From Zygophlyctis sp. KS116 (lineage: Eukaryota > Fungi > Chytridiomycota): 32,000 nucleotides of DNA. The position numbers were made by a program, and so were the translations under genes. Below the pieces are notes generated by a model that saw only the letters and a list, made by a program, of their open reading frames with translations, was not told the origin of the DNA and made no database searches. This document shows, in pieces, positions 9,763-24,547 of this stretch. Numbering within the stretch: position 1 is the stretch's first letter; each line of letters opens with the position of its first letter. Where the stretch lies: assembly GCA_054661495.1 (NCBI GenBank), contig BAAFSQ010000046.1, positions 22,672 to 54,671 of the forward strand. The letters are read 5' to 3'.

Positions 9763-12700
9763 ATGTTACCAGTTTTGGCTCTATATTTTTACAAGACTGT
9801 AGTGTCTGATCCAATAATCCTGACAAACGGAGAGTATATAAGTTTAATTGACATGTTAGCATTTCAATTACTGGAAATATTCCTGTGAATGGATCGGCTC
9901 AATTTTTAGGAATCACTTATGCTGAGGCGGCTCGTTGGGAAGATCCGCTGATCAAACCACTTTCATCGGTTGTTGCTACAACTGAGCCTAAAGGGTAATT
10001 TCATGGTATTAATCCCAAGATGTCCGCAGATATGCGATTCAAATATAAACTGCCCAAGATATATCTCGGAGGATTGCTTGCAACTAAATGTTTGGACTCC
10101 ATTCACAAGTTTTGAGAATTTAACGACTTTGCGTCCTGTGCTGATATACATTCACGGAGGCGCCTTCAAAACTGGGCATGGGTATCTAGAGGAATTTGGA
10201 AATTTAGCAAAATCATTAGATTCTATAATTGTTGGCTTTAATTATCGACTATCAATCTTTGGATTTTTTCAAAAGGATTTGAAGTTTGAAAACTTTGGGA
10301 TTAAAGACCAAAGGACTGCGCTTCAATGGATTTACGAAAATATTGGCAAATTTGGTGGTGATGTCCAAAAGGTAAATAATATTCAGTATTGAAAATAGAT
10401 TTCAGTTTTAGGACATAGTGCTGGAGCATTATCAGCTCTTATACACCGTGCCCATCCTCTGACAAGATTCATTATGAATAATATGATCCTAATGTCTATT
10501 CCAGCTATTCAATTTGCTTCTGAATACGAATCAAAGAACACTATTGGTTCATTAAATTCAACTCTTTGTGAAAGTATAAATGATGCTGTACTCTTTGAAT
10601 GTTTGAAAAATCAATCAATGATGCGTCTGCTTGTAGCTGGACAGGAGAAATTTGATGATAACCAAGTGATGATGACTAAAGCATTTCCGCCCAGAGGTAA
10701 ATAATCTATAATAAGATTAGTCGATAATTTTGACATTTTGGATCATCCATTTGATATTCTGAAAAATGCGACATATATGAATGGAACGAACGTTATTATG
10801 GGAACCACCTCAAATGAAACGTATCTGTTTCTCAATAAGCTCTATCCAGGAGCTATATCAGCGCCTATATTTGATATCATTTTGTAAAACATTTTTTTGA
10901 TTTATAATTTAGACTATCGTTATTTGGATCGGAAAAGGCCTCGATTAAAGATAGGTACCCAAACGCGGAAATATCTACAGGGGATCAGAATCAGAAATCT
11001 AGGCTTACACAGATAACTTCTGATGCAATCTTCACATGTCCTTTAAAAAATTCTCTGAATGAATCGTTGATAGCAGCAAATGTTTATACTTACTACTTTG
11101 AAACTCCTTTTCCTGGACAAAAAGATTCTTCCTCTGGTAATATTTGTGAAGGAACCGCATGTCATGGTACTGATTTGGCATATCTTTTAGATATACCTTT
11201 TCAAGGTAAAATATTTATTCGAGAATTAATTGAAAGAGGAATATAGTTTGATTTCACTCACATTTAGAAAGTTTATTTCTAATTTTTTACTATCTGGAAA
11301 TCCTAGTTTGGAAAATAATACATGGGAAAAAGACGGACTAATGCGATTTGCTTCTGCGAAAATAACCTTTCAATACAATCATCCCCTTGAAGAAACATGT
11401 GATTTTTGGAGTAAAAAACAGGATTTTTATGTGCAACTGGATCCACCGACTTTTGCAAGAGGTTATAGCTTTATCGAAATCTTTGGCCTCATTTTTTTTG
11501 TGATTTTTATCTTTGTTCAGATTGCCCTTTTAATATTTTCCTGGAAGAAAAATCAACGAATCTTAAAAATTCAGAATGCAATCGAGATATACGATCACCA
11601 GGCTCTTAATCTGTCGTCTTGTTTTTTAGAAGATACTCACAAAAACGGAGAAGATACGTTTTATTCTGTTTTAAGCACTCCGACTCCTTTAGAATTATCT
11701 TGTGAAAACTTAACTGTAGAATATTCAAACACTCGGGTGTTAAGTGCTATTACTGCAAGTTTCATTCCTGGATCATTAACAGCTATTATGGGGCCATCAG
11801 GCTGTGGAAAAACAACTCTGATTACTGCTCTAAGGGGGCGGCTCAAACGGTATAGCAATGGAGATATTTACCTGGGATATCAAAATATTCATGATATTTC
11901 TTTTAATGAAATGAATAGTTTAATTGGATTTGTTAGTCAGCACGACCCTCCTTTTTGGGGTCTTTCTTGTAGAGAGCTGTTGACATACTATGCTCATCTT
12001 CAGGTAAAACATTTCTCTAATATTTAAGTCGCCCACCATGACAGATGAGGAGATTTCTCAGAAAACTTTGGATGTGATTAAATTGATGGAGCTGTCAGAT
12101 TGCTGCGATATTGTTCTTACTAAGCCTGGTACTACAAAAGGTGGACTCTCAGGAGGACAGCTCAGAAGGGTCGCAATTGCAGTAGTACTCTTACAAATGC
12201 CAAGTGTAATATTACTTGATGAGCCTACTAGTGGCTTAGATTCGGAGCATGCATTTGAAGTAATTAAAGTGTTGTCAAATCTGGCTGCACAAGGTCATAC
12301 AATAGTTTGCACCATCCACCAACCTCGCATTGAAGTATATCAGCTTTTTTCTGACGTTCTGGTTCTCACGAAAATGGGTGTCCTATATCATGGATCTCCT
12401 ACAGGTGCAAATGAATATCTTGAAGCTTATTCCGAAGCAAATCTTACTTTTGATAAAGCTCAAAATCCTGCAGATTCCTTGTTAAAATTGGCATCTAACT
12501 ATGAAGACTTACTTTCATCCAGTTTATTCAAAGCCAATGATGGAAGTACTGCGAACATTTCCTCCTCATTTGCAGCAACACAGACCACTCTGATATGCGA
12601 CTCCGTATATGAAAAAGCACTTCCCATAATTGTTGAAGTTCAAGGCGAAAACTTTAGTCTGAAATCTAAACTGCTAAGCAATTTATCTCTCATAGAACTT

Positions 12701-13768
12701 TATCTTGATGAATCGATTTCCAATTGCCAAGTTCCTGCAGTTTTGGGTCTGAATTTATCTGATATATCCCTTAACAAAGATATTAGAAGTATAACATCCG
12801 AACATTTTTCAATGGACATTGATAAGGATATGTATGCTGCTGACAAGAGAATTAAAAAAATTGCAGCTGGACGGAGACTTTTTATTGAAATCCAGACACT
12901 TAACGCAAGATGGTGGAACATTAGACCATTTTCAAGAAAGCTTATGATGCTTTTTATCTGTCTAATCACTGCAATCATTGTAGGAATAATCCATCGACGC
13001 CCTTATTTGGACATTACATCTTTTGAATTGCAAATGAAGGGAATTTTTTTAGGTACGAATTATATATTTTATCTCATCACAGCATGCATAGGTCTACCAG
13101 CTATTAAAAATATAGCCATATCCTATGATTTTTACCTAAATAGAGACTTGTACGAATTCGATCTTATGAATGGAATATCTTCTCATCTTGGCTTTTTTAT
13201 TCATAGAATGTATGTATCCAGTGTCAATTCTAACTAATTTAGAATTTACGAGACATCAGTCTCTTCATTAGAGGCCTTAATTACACTCATTATAGGAACT
13301 CTGGTATTAGACTGCAACCCAAATCGAATACTTCCTTCTCTTACAATATTCCTCGCTTATTACAACACTGTCGCAACATTTTTCACTTGCCTTTTTTCAA
13401 CTAGACTGGGAGTTCCAGAAGCAAGATCCATTTCATTTTTAATTCAGGCATTATTCACCATCACTAATGGGATATGGTTAACCCATGGCGAAAGCCCATT
13501 TTATATCGTGCTTGAATGGATAAAATATATAAATCCTCAATACTGGGCGATTTCTTCTTTGATACATCAACTTTTGTACTCATCTGGCAAGTGTGTATTG
13601 ACTGGGAGTGGAGGAAAATGCTTAGTAGCAGCTGGAGATGCTTTTGAAAGTCATATTGGCCTTGTGGATATTTCCTCTTCCACTTCAATATTGGTTTTGA
13701 TTGCCATATGGACAATGCTAAGGATAGTTCAGTACATTATATTGCGATCAAATGAATTAAAATATTAA
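9763..13768 (+). CDS. Carboxylesterase (type B) - TM - ABCG half-transporter fusion protein, ~1251 aa
   Basis: Removing introns 9834-9859, 9995-10019, 10372-10398, 10697-10720, 10884-10912, 11206-11236, 12004-12028, 13053-13082 and 13210-13242 gives one 3756-nt frame. Esterase motifs: FLGITYA, SEDCLQLNVWTP, IHGGAF, GHSAG, GTTSNE, CHGTDL, NFLLSGNP. TM at ~11470-11545. ABC motifs: GPSGCGKT, LSGGQ, LLDEPTSGLD, TIHQP. ABC2-type TMD ending in WIKYINPQYWA. Confidence 0.88.
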
Positions 13769-13797
13769 CCAACCAATTTTCTTCTGGAATAAAACGA

Positions 13798-16419
13798 TTA
13801 GAAACTTTTATGATGATACTCATTGCAAGCTTTGATTTCTTCCCAAATTTCGCGAATGTGAGGATTGGTATCATCGGGGAAAGATATTATATCCAGGGTA
13901 ACCTTAAGTGCCAATACATCTTTCTGGAACTAAATTAAGCAAAAATCTTATTAACTTACATGACGCCCTATTTCTCTCATATTTCCAGAAACCCAACGCC
14001 ACCATGTCGAAGCTAAGACACCCTCTTGTGGATGTGAAGAGTTTAATTTATCATTCATCACTTCGGTAAATTTATTGAATACCAGTATGAATGTTTCTTT
14101 ACGTTCTCTAACAGCTGCCTCAAAAGCAGTTTCCAAAGATTGCACGCTCTCTGATTCATCGTTACCATCGTGCATCATATCTCCCGTATTATTCTTTGCG
14201 TGATTCATTTTTTCTTCGATCTGGGATACTTTAAAAAGGACCTTATTTAATGTCGATCGCAATACTGACCAGATAAAAAACCTAAGTGTTAAATTCCCAA
14301 TCATCAAATTACTTGTAATGATGAGCCTCCAAAGTAGCAGATGATAAAACCCAACTAATAATACTTGTTGGATCTAAAATACGGTAGTTCATAAATTTGT
14401 CTAGCACAATTTGTAAAAACTGAGAGTTGCGATTCCAAAATGCAAAAACTACACGAATGGTATGGTTTTTTTCTAATGGAAGAGAATTAAACTCTTGGAT
14501 GATCGGCAAGTATCTAAAGCATCAAGTTTTAAAAATTATACCTTTCAACCATACTCAATAAATGACTGAAACTTTTACTTCCATGATGCATCAGACTTTG
14601 CAAAAACATTTCGCGGGCTATCTGATCATTATCAGACAAATCAACATCCATAGAATTATTAGCTGAAGAATCCAAAGATCCTTCTTTGACCTTGCTTATA
14701 ATAGCCAAAACGTTCTCTTTATTTTCCCTCCTACCAATAGCTTGAAACATTTCCTTTGACAATTCATAGATGAGCTCATCTATTTTCAAAAAATTCAACA
14801 CTTACTTCCTGTACTAGATGCATCAGAAAATTTAAAATCGAATCCGGGCTCTTGAGCTGGAAATATATTTCCATTCTGCAAATATTCTTGCGGCAAAACC
14901 GATTTTATTCGATCATAATAGGACAATTGAATACACTGAGCAAGAGTTTCCCTCACAAATACAGACTTACCACTATTCAAGTCTTCCATCACATACGTCC
15001 TACGATAAGAATTACGAAATCATACCATTCCTTCCATTTCCAAGAAAATCCAAAATTACTCAAATGATGAGAAAACCACTCACTTAAACGACGAATGCAT
15101 TCAACATCCATACCTTCGTTTGACAAGTCCATCCTCTCAAAAATTATTTTTAGGGAGCGCCCCATTGCAGATGGCACCTTTTTTAATTCACCTTTGCAAA
15201 GATCCATTAATAAGGTTGAGTAATATACAATTTTCTCTTGAGGCCGAGGAAAAGAAACCATCTCTGTAATTAAAGTTTCAACCAAGGATTGATAAACATT
15301 ATACTCTTGAAAATAACTATCAGACAGAAAATCTTGAGTATTAAGAAGAATTTTTGATGCTTCCAAATGATTAAGGGAATATATCCGAATTATATCCGTG
15401 ATAGTATCTTCCAAAATAAACCTAGCAATACTTCGCATCGGAGGAACTTGAGCAATCTTTATTTATTAAAACAATTAAATTACCTCTTTATCAACGCTAT
15501 CATCAAAAACAAAAAATTTAGGCTGATAATCAAATTTATAAGCTGCTTTTACTGGAGAATCCATAGGAATCACCAGGAGTGGAAGTGGCAGCGGAGTAGC
15601 AGGTGATTTGAAACCATTTTCAAAAGTCTTTAAAATATCAACTTTCCATCCATCCATCTCTAAATGTTGAATACGAGCCCATAACAAGTCTAAGCACTAA
15701 CATTAAATTGATCAAAATTTCAAAATTTCAAAATTATCAAAAGCTCTTACATCTAATTGATCATACAATTTCCCTTCCTCTACGTTACGATATACCGAGA
15801 CTGAATTAATCACTCTATTTAAACCAATTTCATTCTTCTTTTCTAATCTTGATGACATATAAGAAGAAAGAAATGCCATTAATTTTGCGAGATCAAGTCC
15901 CACTTCCGCATGCAACTTTTGACATGCCCAAGGAAGAGTAGCTAATACCAAATAGACAAATCCATCTGCTTTTGGAAGAGGAGTGGAAGGTTCTTTTGCA
16001 ACTCCCAAAAACATTTCCATCAGCAACATAAAATGATTCGGATTGATCAGATTCAGATTCACCAAAGCGGCTAAATATCTTAAAAAATATTTAACGATTA
16101 TGAGATTTCCCTTTATGATTTCAGATGATATCTGAGCCTGAGACAAATTGATCATATCAGAGACAAACATTGGGTTTTTTAAACTGATGACTCTTGTTAT
16201 CGCTGCCCAAGCTGACATCTTTGCAGGCATCTGAGTGATTGCTATTTCTAATGCATTTGTCACATCTTTAGGATTTATTTCAACATCTTTTTCCAACTCG
16301 GTCCCATATCTCTCAATATCCTCAACGTCTGCATTTAGATCGTAGAGCCGATTTGAAATTCTAAGAGTTGCTTCAGGCAAATCATGAATACTATTGTAAT
16401 TCTCAATAATTGCAGTCAT
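13798..16419 (-). CDS. NCBP1: Nuclear cap-binding complex large subunit (CBP80/Sto1)
   Basis: MIF4G-type protein with CLDLLWARI, RLSEWFSHHLSNFGFSWKWKEW, LSYYDRIK, GSKSFSH. Introns 15697-15750, 15457-15483, 15000-15025, 14780-14805, 14514-14541, 14282-14312, 13930-13959. Confidence 0.92.
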
Positions 16420-16479
16420 TTTAAATTTGAGGGTTCCGCAAAGGTTCAACGATAAGTGAAAATACTGATTCAACAAGTT

Positions 16480-17784
16480 TTATTTCTCTTGATCAAGCAT
16501 TAATTTTTGTGCCATATATGCCATCAATCTTATACTTTGAATTTTTATAAATCCATTAGAATCTGATGGATTAAAACCTCCTGATTCATCCATTGAAGCA
16601 ATCTTTTCATCATATAGAGTTAATCGAGAACTTCTACTCTTGATAATAACATTTCCTTTATATAGAAATAAAGAAACTTTTCCCTGAACTGCTTTTTGGG
16701 AGTTTTCAACAGCAGCCATTATAAATTCTCTTTCAGCACTAAACCAAAATCCATTATACAAGATTTCAGAGAGTTTTTGAGAAAACTCATCTCGAAGTCT
16801 ACGAACTTCACGATCTAAAACCAAGCCTTCCAAATCAACATGAGCAGCTCTAAGAATAGTTCCACCAGGAGTCTCATAACATCCACGAGACTTAATCCCG
16901 ATAAATCTATTTTCAACAATATCAATTCTTCCTATTCCATGTTTTCTCCCAAGAGAATTCAAGAGTAAAAATGAATCTAGAGGATCTTTTACAGTTTTAC
17001 CATCAAGAGTTACAGCTACTGGAACTCCACCCATAAATTCTATTTCAACTAAATCACCATTATCAGGAGCATCCTGTGGATCTACAGTCAACTTCCACAT
17101 ATCCTACTATATAAAATTTTGAATTATACCTTTGGTGGAGTTACTGAAGGATCTTCAAGGATACCTGCTTCATAAGAAATATGATAAAGATTTTCATCAG
17201 TAGACCATGGCTTTGAAGGAGTTTGAGAAACTGGAATGTTTTTTTTACTAGCATACTCCAAAAGTGCTGATCTTCCGGGAAATCTGTTATAAAACTCTAA
17301 ATTTAAGTTGAAAAATTCAATACCAGGATCTCTCCATGGAGCTATAACCTTGATTCCAGGAAATAATGCATAATAACCCAATTCAAAACGAACTTGATCA
17401 TTTCCTTTTCCTAAAATCAAATTAAAACTAGATACCAGTGCATCCATGGGCTACAAAATCACAGCCCTCTCTCTTTGCTATTTCAATTTGATGTTTTGCC
17501 AAAATAGGACGAGCAAGGGAAGTTCCCAAGAGATAAACACCTTCATACAATGCATTAGCTTTGATCGCAGGATAAACCATATCAGTAACAAACTCCTTTC
17601 GAAGATCGACGACAAAAACCTTTTTGGCTCCAATCTTTAAAGCCTTTTTTTCAACCTGATCAAAATCCTCTTCTTGTCCGACATTACCGATAAAGCAATG
17701 CACTTCAAAACCTTTTTCTATCAACCAAGCCAAGATGCATGAAGTATCCAAACCTCCCGAATATGCCAATAAGACTTTTGCCAT
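16480..17784 (-). CDS. ARG1: Argininosuccinate synthase
   Basis: [14 protein letters not shown]|[44 protein letters not shown]. Introns 17411-17435, 17297-17323, 17105-17129. Confidence 0.97.
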
Positions 17785-17840
17785 TCCTAAATTTAAGTGC
17801 TAGGATCAGTCTGCAGTATAAAGTGGCTGGACAAGGTGAA

Positions 17841-18710
17841 ATGGCAAATGTGACTGACGGTAAAACATTGGCTGATAAGTCGTTATTTTTACTGGATATG
17901 GATGGAGTAATTTATCATGGACATAAACTTCTACCCGGAGCAAAAGAATTTATAGCTGCCGTACAAGATGCTGGAAAATCTCTAGTATTTATCACAAATG
18001 CGTCGGATAGGACGCCACAACAGCTTTCGGAAAAACTTGAAAGATTGGGAATTGCTTCTTTACCATCACAACTATTCTTAACATCAGCGATTGCAACTGC
18101 TGAATTCGTTTCACGGCAGAAGCCAGGCGGAACTGCATTTGTAATTGGAGATATAGGTCTATTAACAGCATTGTCAAATGTTCATTTTAAATTAATTGAT
18201 CCAATTAAATCTACAGAAATACCAGATTATGTTATTGTATTTAATTTATTCTAACTTTTGAAGATTGGTGAAACTCAATCAGATGCAATCTATAATCATT
18301 CAACTATTACGATTGCTATTAATTACGTGTTGAAAGGATCATTCTTGATTGGAACTAATAAGGATGTTTTGGATAATGCAGAAGCCGGATATTCGCCTGG
18401 ATGTGGAGCACTTTTAGCTCCTATACAAACTGCTACTGGACAAGTTCCTTATTTTCTAGGAAAACCAAATCCAATTATGATGAATTTAGCTCTTGAAAAA
18501 GCATCTGCTCAATCTGGAAGAAATATTTTGTTGGAAAATACTGTAATGATTGGTGATCGTATGGATACTGACATTATTGGTGGAATTGAGTCTGGATTAA
18601 CTACAATTCTTGTTTTCTCTGGAATCTCTAAACCTCAAGATTTGAAAAAATATTCTTATTCTCCTAGTATGACTTTTGATAATCTTAATCAGGTCTTAAA
18701 ACAAATTTAG
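17841..18710 (+). CDS. HAD-IIA family phosphatase (NagD-like)
   Basis: DMDGVIY (motif I), TNAS (II), GKPNP (III), GDRMDTDI (IV). Intron 18237-18263. Confidence 0.88.
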
Positions 18711-19252
18711 ATTTGATCGTCTTTTAATAGTATTTCCGACCATTTTTGAAGTTGTTTGAGTTTATGTAGCAGAGCCTTATTTTCAAGATTACCAGATTTG
18801 TCTGCTGATTTTGAGTTTTGACTCTTAATTCTATGAATTTCTTATATTGAGTTATTACTATTACCTTTTTCTAAATTATCACATTTAGATTGTAACTGAT
18901 CATATCCTTGAGCAATAGCACCATTCATGATCAATAGACTACTCTGAACGCGATTCACACTAGTCAATAATCGGACCATTGCGTCTTTACTTTGATTCAA
19001 CTGCTGTTGAAGCATTTTATTTTCCTGTTGAAGCATTGACCGCTCTTGATTCCATTCGGCACGTTCCATTTCTCTAGAGAACAGCAATTGAAACGTTTTA
19101 AGTTGCCATTTATGACTGGAATGCTCGCAACTAATTTGATCTTGTGCCGGCAATGCATAATTCATGGGCGGTGGAGGTGGATAAAACTCATGAGAATATA
19201 ATTCTGATAGTGACTCTGAAGCTTTTAGGAGCAGTTGCATCTGATCTTGCAT
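18707..19252 (-). CDS. Hypothetical coiled-coil protein
   Basis: Gln/Leu-rich heptads and a PPPPP motif. Intron 18841-18864 extends the frame to TAA at 18707-18709. Confidence 0.55.
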
Positions 19253-19260
19253 TTATTAAA

Positions 19261-21001
<1,741 letters not shown>

Positions 21002-21075
21002 TTTGTTCCTGCCAATTCAGGTCTTTCCCACGCCTGGGCCTACAATATAATTTTTTGAATTGAAATTCGTTTCAA

Positions 21076-21601
21076 ATGTCTTTTAAGAAGCCTGCTAGAG
21101 AGCTGATTGAGCGACTAAGACAAACATCTCCTCTTTTAAATAGAAAACTGAATATTAATGTAGTAAGACTTAAAAACCTCATTTTAGCCTCAAGATCGTC
21201 TAAGATCAGTTGCTGTTCATGGAAAAGGTGCTTATCTACCTCCAATCTTGGAATTATGTCTAGAGTATAATCATTTCAGGAATGGCGCTGGAGGTGATTC
21301 TCGTGGAATGGTGGAATATCTTGAAAGAGATCTCAAGTCCTTAGCAGCATCTCGTCCTTGGTTACTCTTTAAAGTTGAATCTAGAAATGGACCACCAATC
21401 ATTAAAGCTCGATACACTGATAATCGTAAAATTACCATGAATGTCTCTAGAATGTCTTCTCAAGATATTAGAAAAACGATTATAAATTTGGTAGACTCCC
21501 GAGGAATTGAATTTAAACCAAATTTACCAGTTAAACCCCATATATTCAACAAGACCGAACATTGGCATCCATTTATGTCTAGTAATAAGTTTAGACCGTA
21601 A
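21076..21601 (+). CDS. MRPL51: Mitochondrial ribosomal protein mL43 (fungal MrpL51)
   Basis: Intron 21163-21187 joins the two ORFs: HGKGAYLPP..GGDSRGMVEYL..PIIKARY (L51/S25/CI-B8 domain). Confidence 0.78.
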
Positions 21602-21845
21602 AACATTTCTGATGACCAGAAATACAATAAAACCAGTCTTTAGTTTGACATTTGATCTTTGAGTTTGGACATGGGCAGTCTAGAGGCGTTTGAGCGCAAC
21701 TATTATCAGAGCAGGTATACCATTCACAATTAATATTTACTGGTTTTTTAGAATCTTGCTGATCAGAACCTTCTTGCTGAAAGAAATTAAAAAAGGCCAA
21801 TGTAGTTGAAGCAAACAATATCATCATCATCATTCTCCGTATCAT
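21591..21845 (-). CDS. LCL2: Lcl2-like small secreted Cys-rich protein
   Basis: Signal peptide followed by FFNFFQQ, then C..Y.C.....C...PLDCPCP...KC.......CIS, the cysteine pattern of fungal Lcl2. Confidence 0.72.
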   Translation of the reverse strand: MIRRMMMMILFASTTLAFFNFFQQEGSDQQDSKKPVNINCEWYTCSDNSCAQTPLDCPCPNSKIKCQTKDWFYCISGHQKCFTV

Positions 21846-21886
21846 TTTGTACGTCACTGTGGGAAAGGAAATAGGAAAAAATTAAA

Positions 21887-24514
21887 ATGGAATTTACAGA
21901 TCTAGCATCAATGCCGCCTACAAAAGGGACAAACGAATCAATGAATGGGATGTGGGATTTTGATCTACTAGGGAAATCTGATGCCGATGTATTTGATGTT
22001 AATTTTCTACAATCTCAAGCTAATGATCATGTCAATCGTGAACGGACAAATCAAAAGGCAAATCTAAAAAATGATAATCCAATGCATGAGAAAAAAGACA
22101 AAGAACAAGCCGAGAAAGTACATGAATCGGTGCCGTTAGATGTCAATGATCAGAGGCTAAAAGATGAAAAACTGGCAAAATTGGTTTCAGCAGGATTTGA
22201 TGCTCAAAAGGCTTATCAAGCTTTAAAAAATTGTCAGTGGGATGTTGAAATGGCTGTAGATATGTTGTTTAATCAAGGTGGTTCTCCAACTAGAGAAAAT
22301 CAATCAAAGAGTCCGATGCGTCAAAGTGAAGTAATTTGGTCTTTTTCTAAATGATGATAGGTATTTCAGTCTATAGGAATGTCTGTATTTAAAGGAGCTC
22401 AAAAGGTGTTTGATTACTCAAAAAAGAAGATTACGCAAGTTGTAGAGTCTTCAAAAAGTTCTGGATGGATGAGTGAATTAAATAGTTCAAATGAAAAATC
22501 GGATTATTATCTAGAAAGACCTTCCAGAGACGCTCTATCACCGACATCTAAATTAGGGGTTTCTGAAAATCCTATTTTATCAGAACGATTGGAGGGATCG
22601 AGATTAAAAGACCAGCTCGGTTCAAGACCAAATAAGCCTGTAAGATCTTTTAATCAAAGTGATTTGCCAAATACATCGACCGCCGTAATTCAGAAGAAGG
22701 AAGTGACAGTAAAGCCAGCTCGAGTTGATAAAATTTCAAAAATTCAAAAGATACCAGAATCGTTGTTAATTTCTGGTTTAATTGATTCTCCGACTACTTC
22801 AACTATATCAGATATGAAAATTAAAAAAGAGTCAATGCCATCCTTTGGGGGAAATCAAAGTTTGGGACTGTTGGATTCTTCAATTGAATTCAATTTAAGT
22901 GGCTCAAATAGCATTCTAAATCCGACTGTGTCTGCTCATCCACTTAAAAGTGGTAATTTTAAGCATCGAGAAGATATATTAACTTATTCTGTCAATTTTC
23001 CTTCGAATGCTTCGTCAGGTCATTTCTCGCAAGCTCCTAAAAATATACCGTCAATACCAAATAAGTCTGCAGCCTTAAATATGTCTAAAAATGATTCTAT
23101 CTCAAAGGCTCAGTCAGTATCCGATCCCCCTTTGACACAATCATGGACTAATTTAAATTCTTTCAAGCAATCAAATCCAATACACAAGCCCATAAATCAA
23201 GTGAAGATGAACACCATTGACCCTTTTTTAGGTATTTCAGCTTTAGGTAAAGCAAGCACCGATTCTACAGCCGAGAATCTACTCAGTTCTAAGAAGCAAT
23301 CGACGAATGCTTTTAATGTGACACAAACAAATTCAGCAGCTTCACGCCAATCTCAGGGTGGATCAAGTAGTAAAAATAATAATACGCAGCCTAATAATGG
23401 CCGCTTATTAGATGATCCGTTTGATTTTTCTTTATCTGGAAAGGGCATGATAAACCCGAGCACCAATAAGATTGCATTGTCATCAAACTTAGCGGAAGTG
23501 GGAGATGCTAAAAAGAAAGCAATAGATGATAGCTTTAAGATATTTGATAGCATTCATGGCAAGTCAAATATTATATCCACCAATACTGATCAATTAAAAA
23601 CATATCATAAATCGGAAGTCATAATATTGAAGGAAAAAGGGAACGAATTCTTTAAAGCAGGTCAATATTCTCAAGCCGATGGCCAATATACTTTAGCAAT
23701 AAATTCCCTTTCAGACAAACACCCACTATTAGCAGTTTTATATAATAATAGAGCAGGAGCTCGACTTAAGACTGGATCATATCTTGAAGCCATAAACGAT
23801 TGCAATCAGGTACAGGAGCTTGAACCGAATAAAGTTAAAAGTCTACTAAGAAGGGCGCAAGCTTATGAATCACTAGAAAAATGGGAGGAGGCTCAATCAG
23901 ATTATAGAGCGATACTTGTAATTGATTCTACGGTGAAAAGTCTCAGTCAAAGCTTAGTAAGATGCAGTAAGGCTCTTCAATCTTTAAATACTAATCAAAC
24001 TCAAGTTACTCGAACCAAAAAACTTCCAGATCGGCAGAATGTTTTACCGCCTTCGAACTCAAGGTTTTATTCTAATCTTATTTAAAAAATAGCTTTAGCC
24101 ACAAAACTATAGAGGTCACAGCTGCAGTTCAATTAATAAGAGAGAAAAATAAACAGGCTGAAAGCGAAGACGCATTAAAATTAGCATTAAAAGATCAAAT
24201 TGATGAAAAGGTAATAGATTTTAATTTAAATTTCTCAGATTCATTCTTGGCGAAAAGGCAAGGAAGATAACCTAAGGGCGCTTCTCTCATCTTTGGATAC
24301 TGTGCTTTGGAAGGAGCTTGAATGGAAGACGATCAATTTATCTGAAATTCTTACTCAATCCCAAGTGAAGGTCAAATATTTAAGAGCTATTTCAAAAGTT
24401 CACCCTGATAAGTTAGGATCAAATATATCAGTTGAAAATCAACTCATCGCCAATTCTGTGTTCAGCACATTGAATAAGGCATGGGATACATTTAAAACAC
24501 AGAATGGGATGTAG
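21887..24514 (+). CDS. SWA2: Auxilin-like clathrin uncoating factor (UBA - low complexity - TPR - J domain)
   Basis: UBA (LVSAGFD..AL....WDVEMAVDML), DPF motifs, 3 TPRs (LKEKGNEFFK..), C-terminal J domain with VHPDK. Introns 22331-22360, 24064-24092, 24211-24238. Confidence 0.88.
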
Positions 24515-24547
24515 AATTTTTTTAATTCTTAATATTATATTTCAAAA

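Noticed and set aside
9763-13768. Esterase and ABC transporter as two adjacent separate genes
   Set aside because: There is no stop or intergenic space between them. The esterase C-terminal motifs, TM and Walker A share one exon.
21818-21835. (ATC)n microsatellite
   Set aside because: It simply encodes the MMMMI run in the Lcl2 signal peptide.
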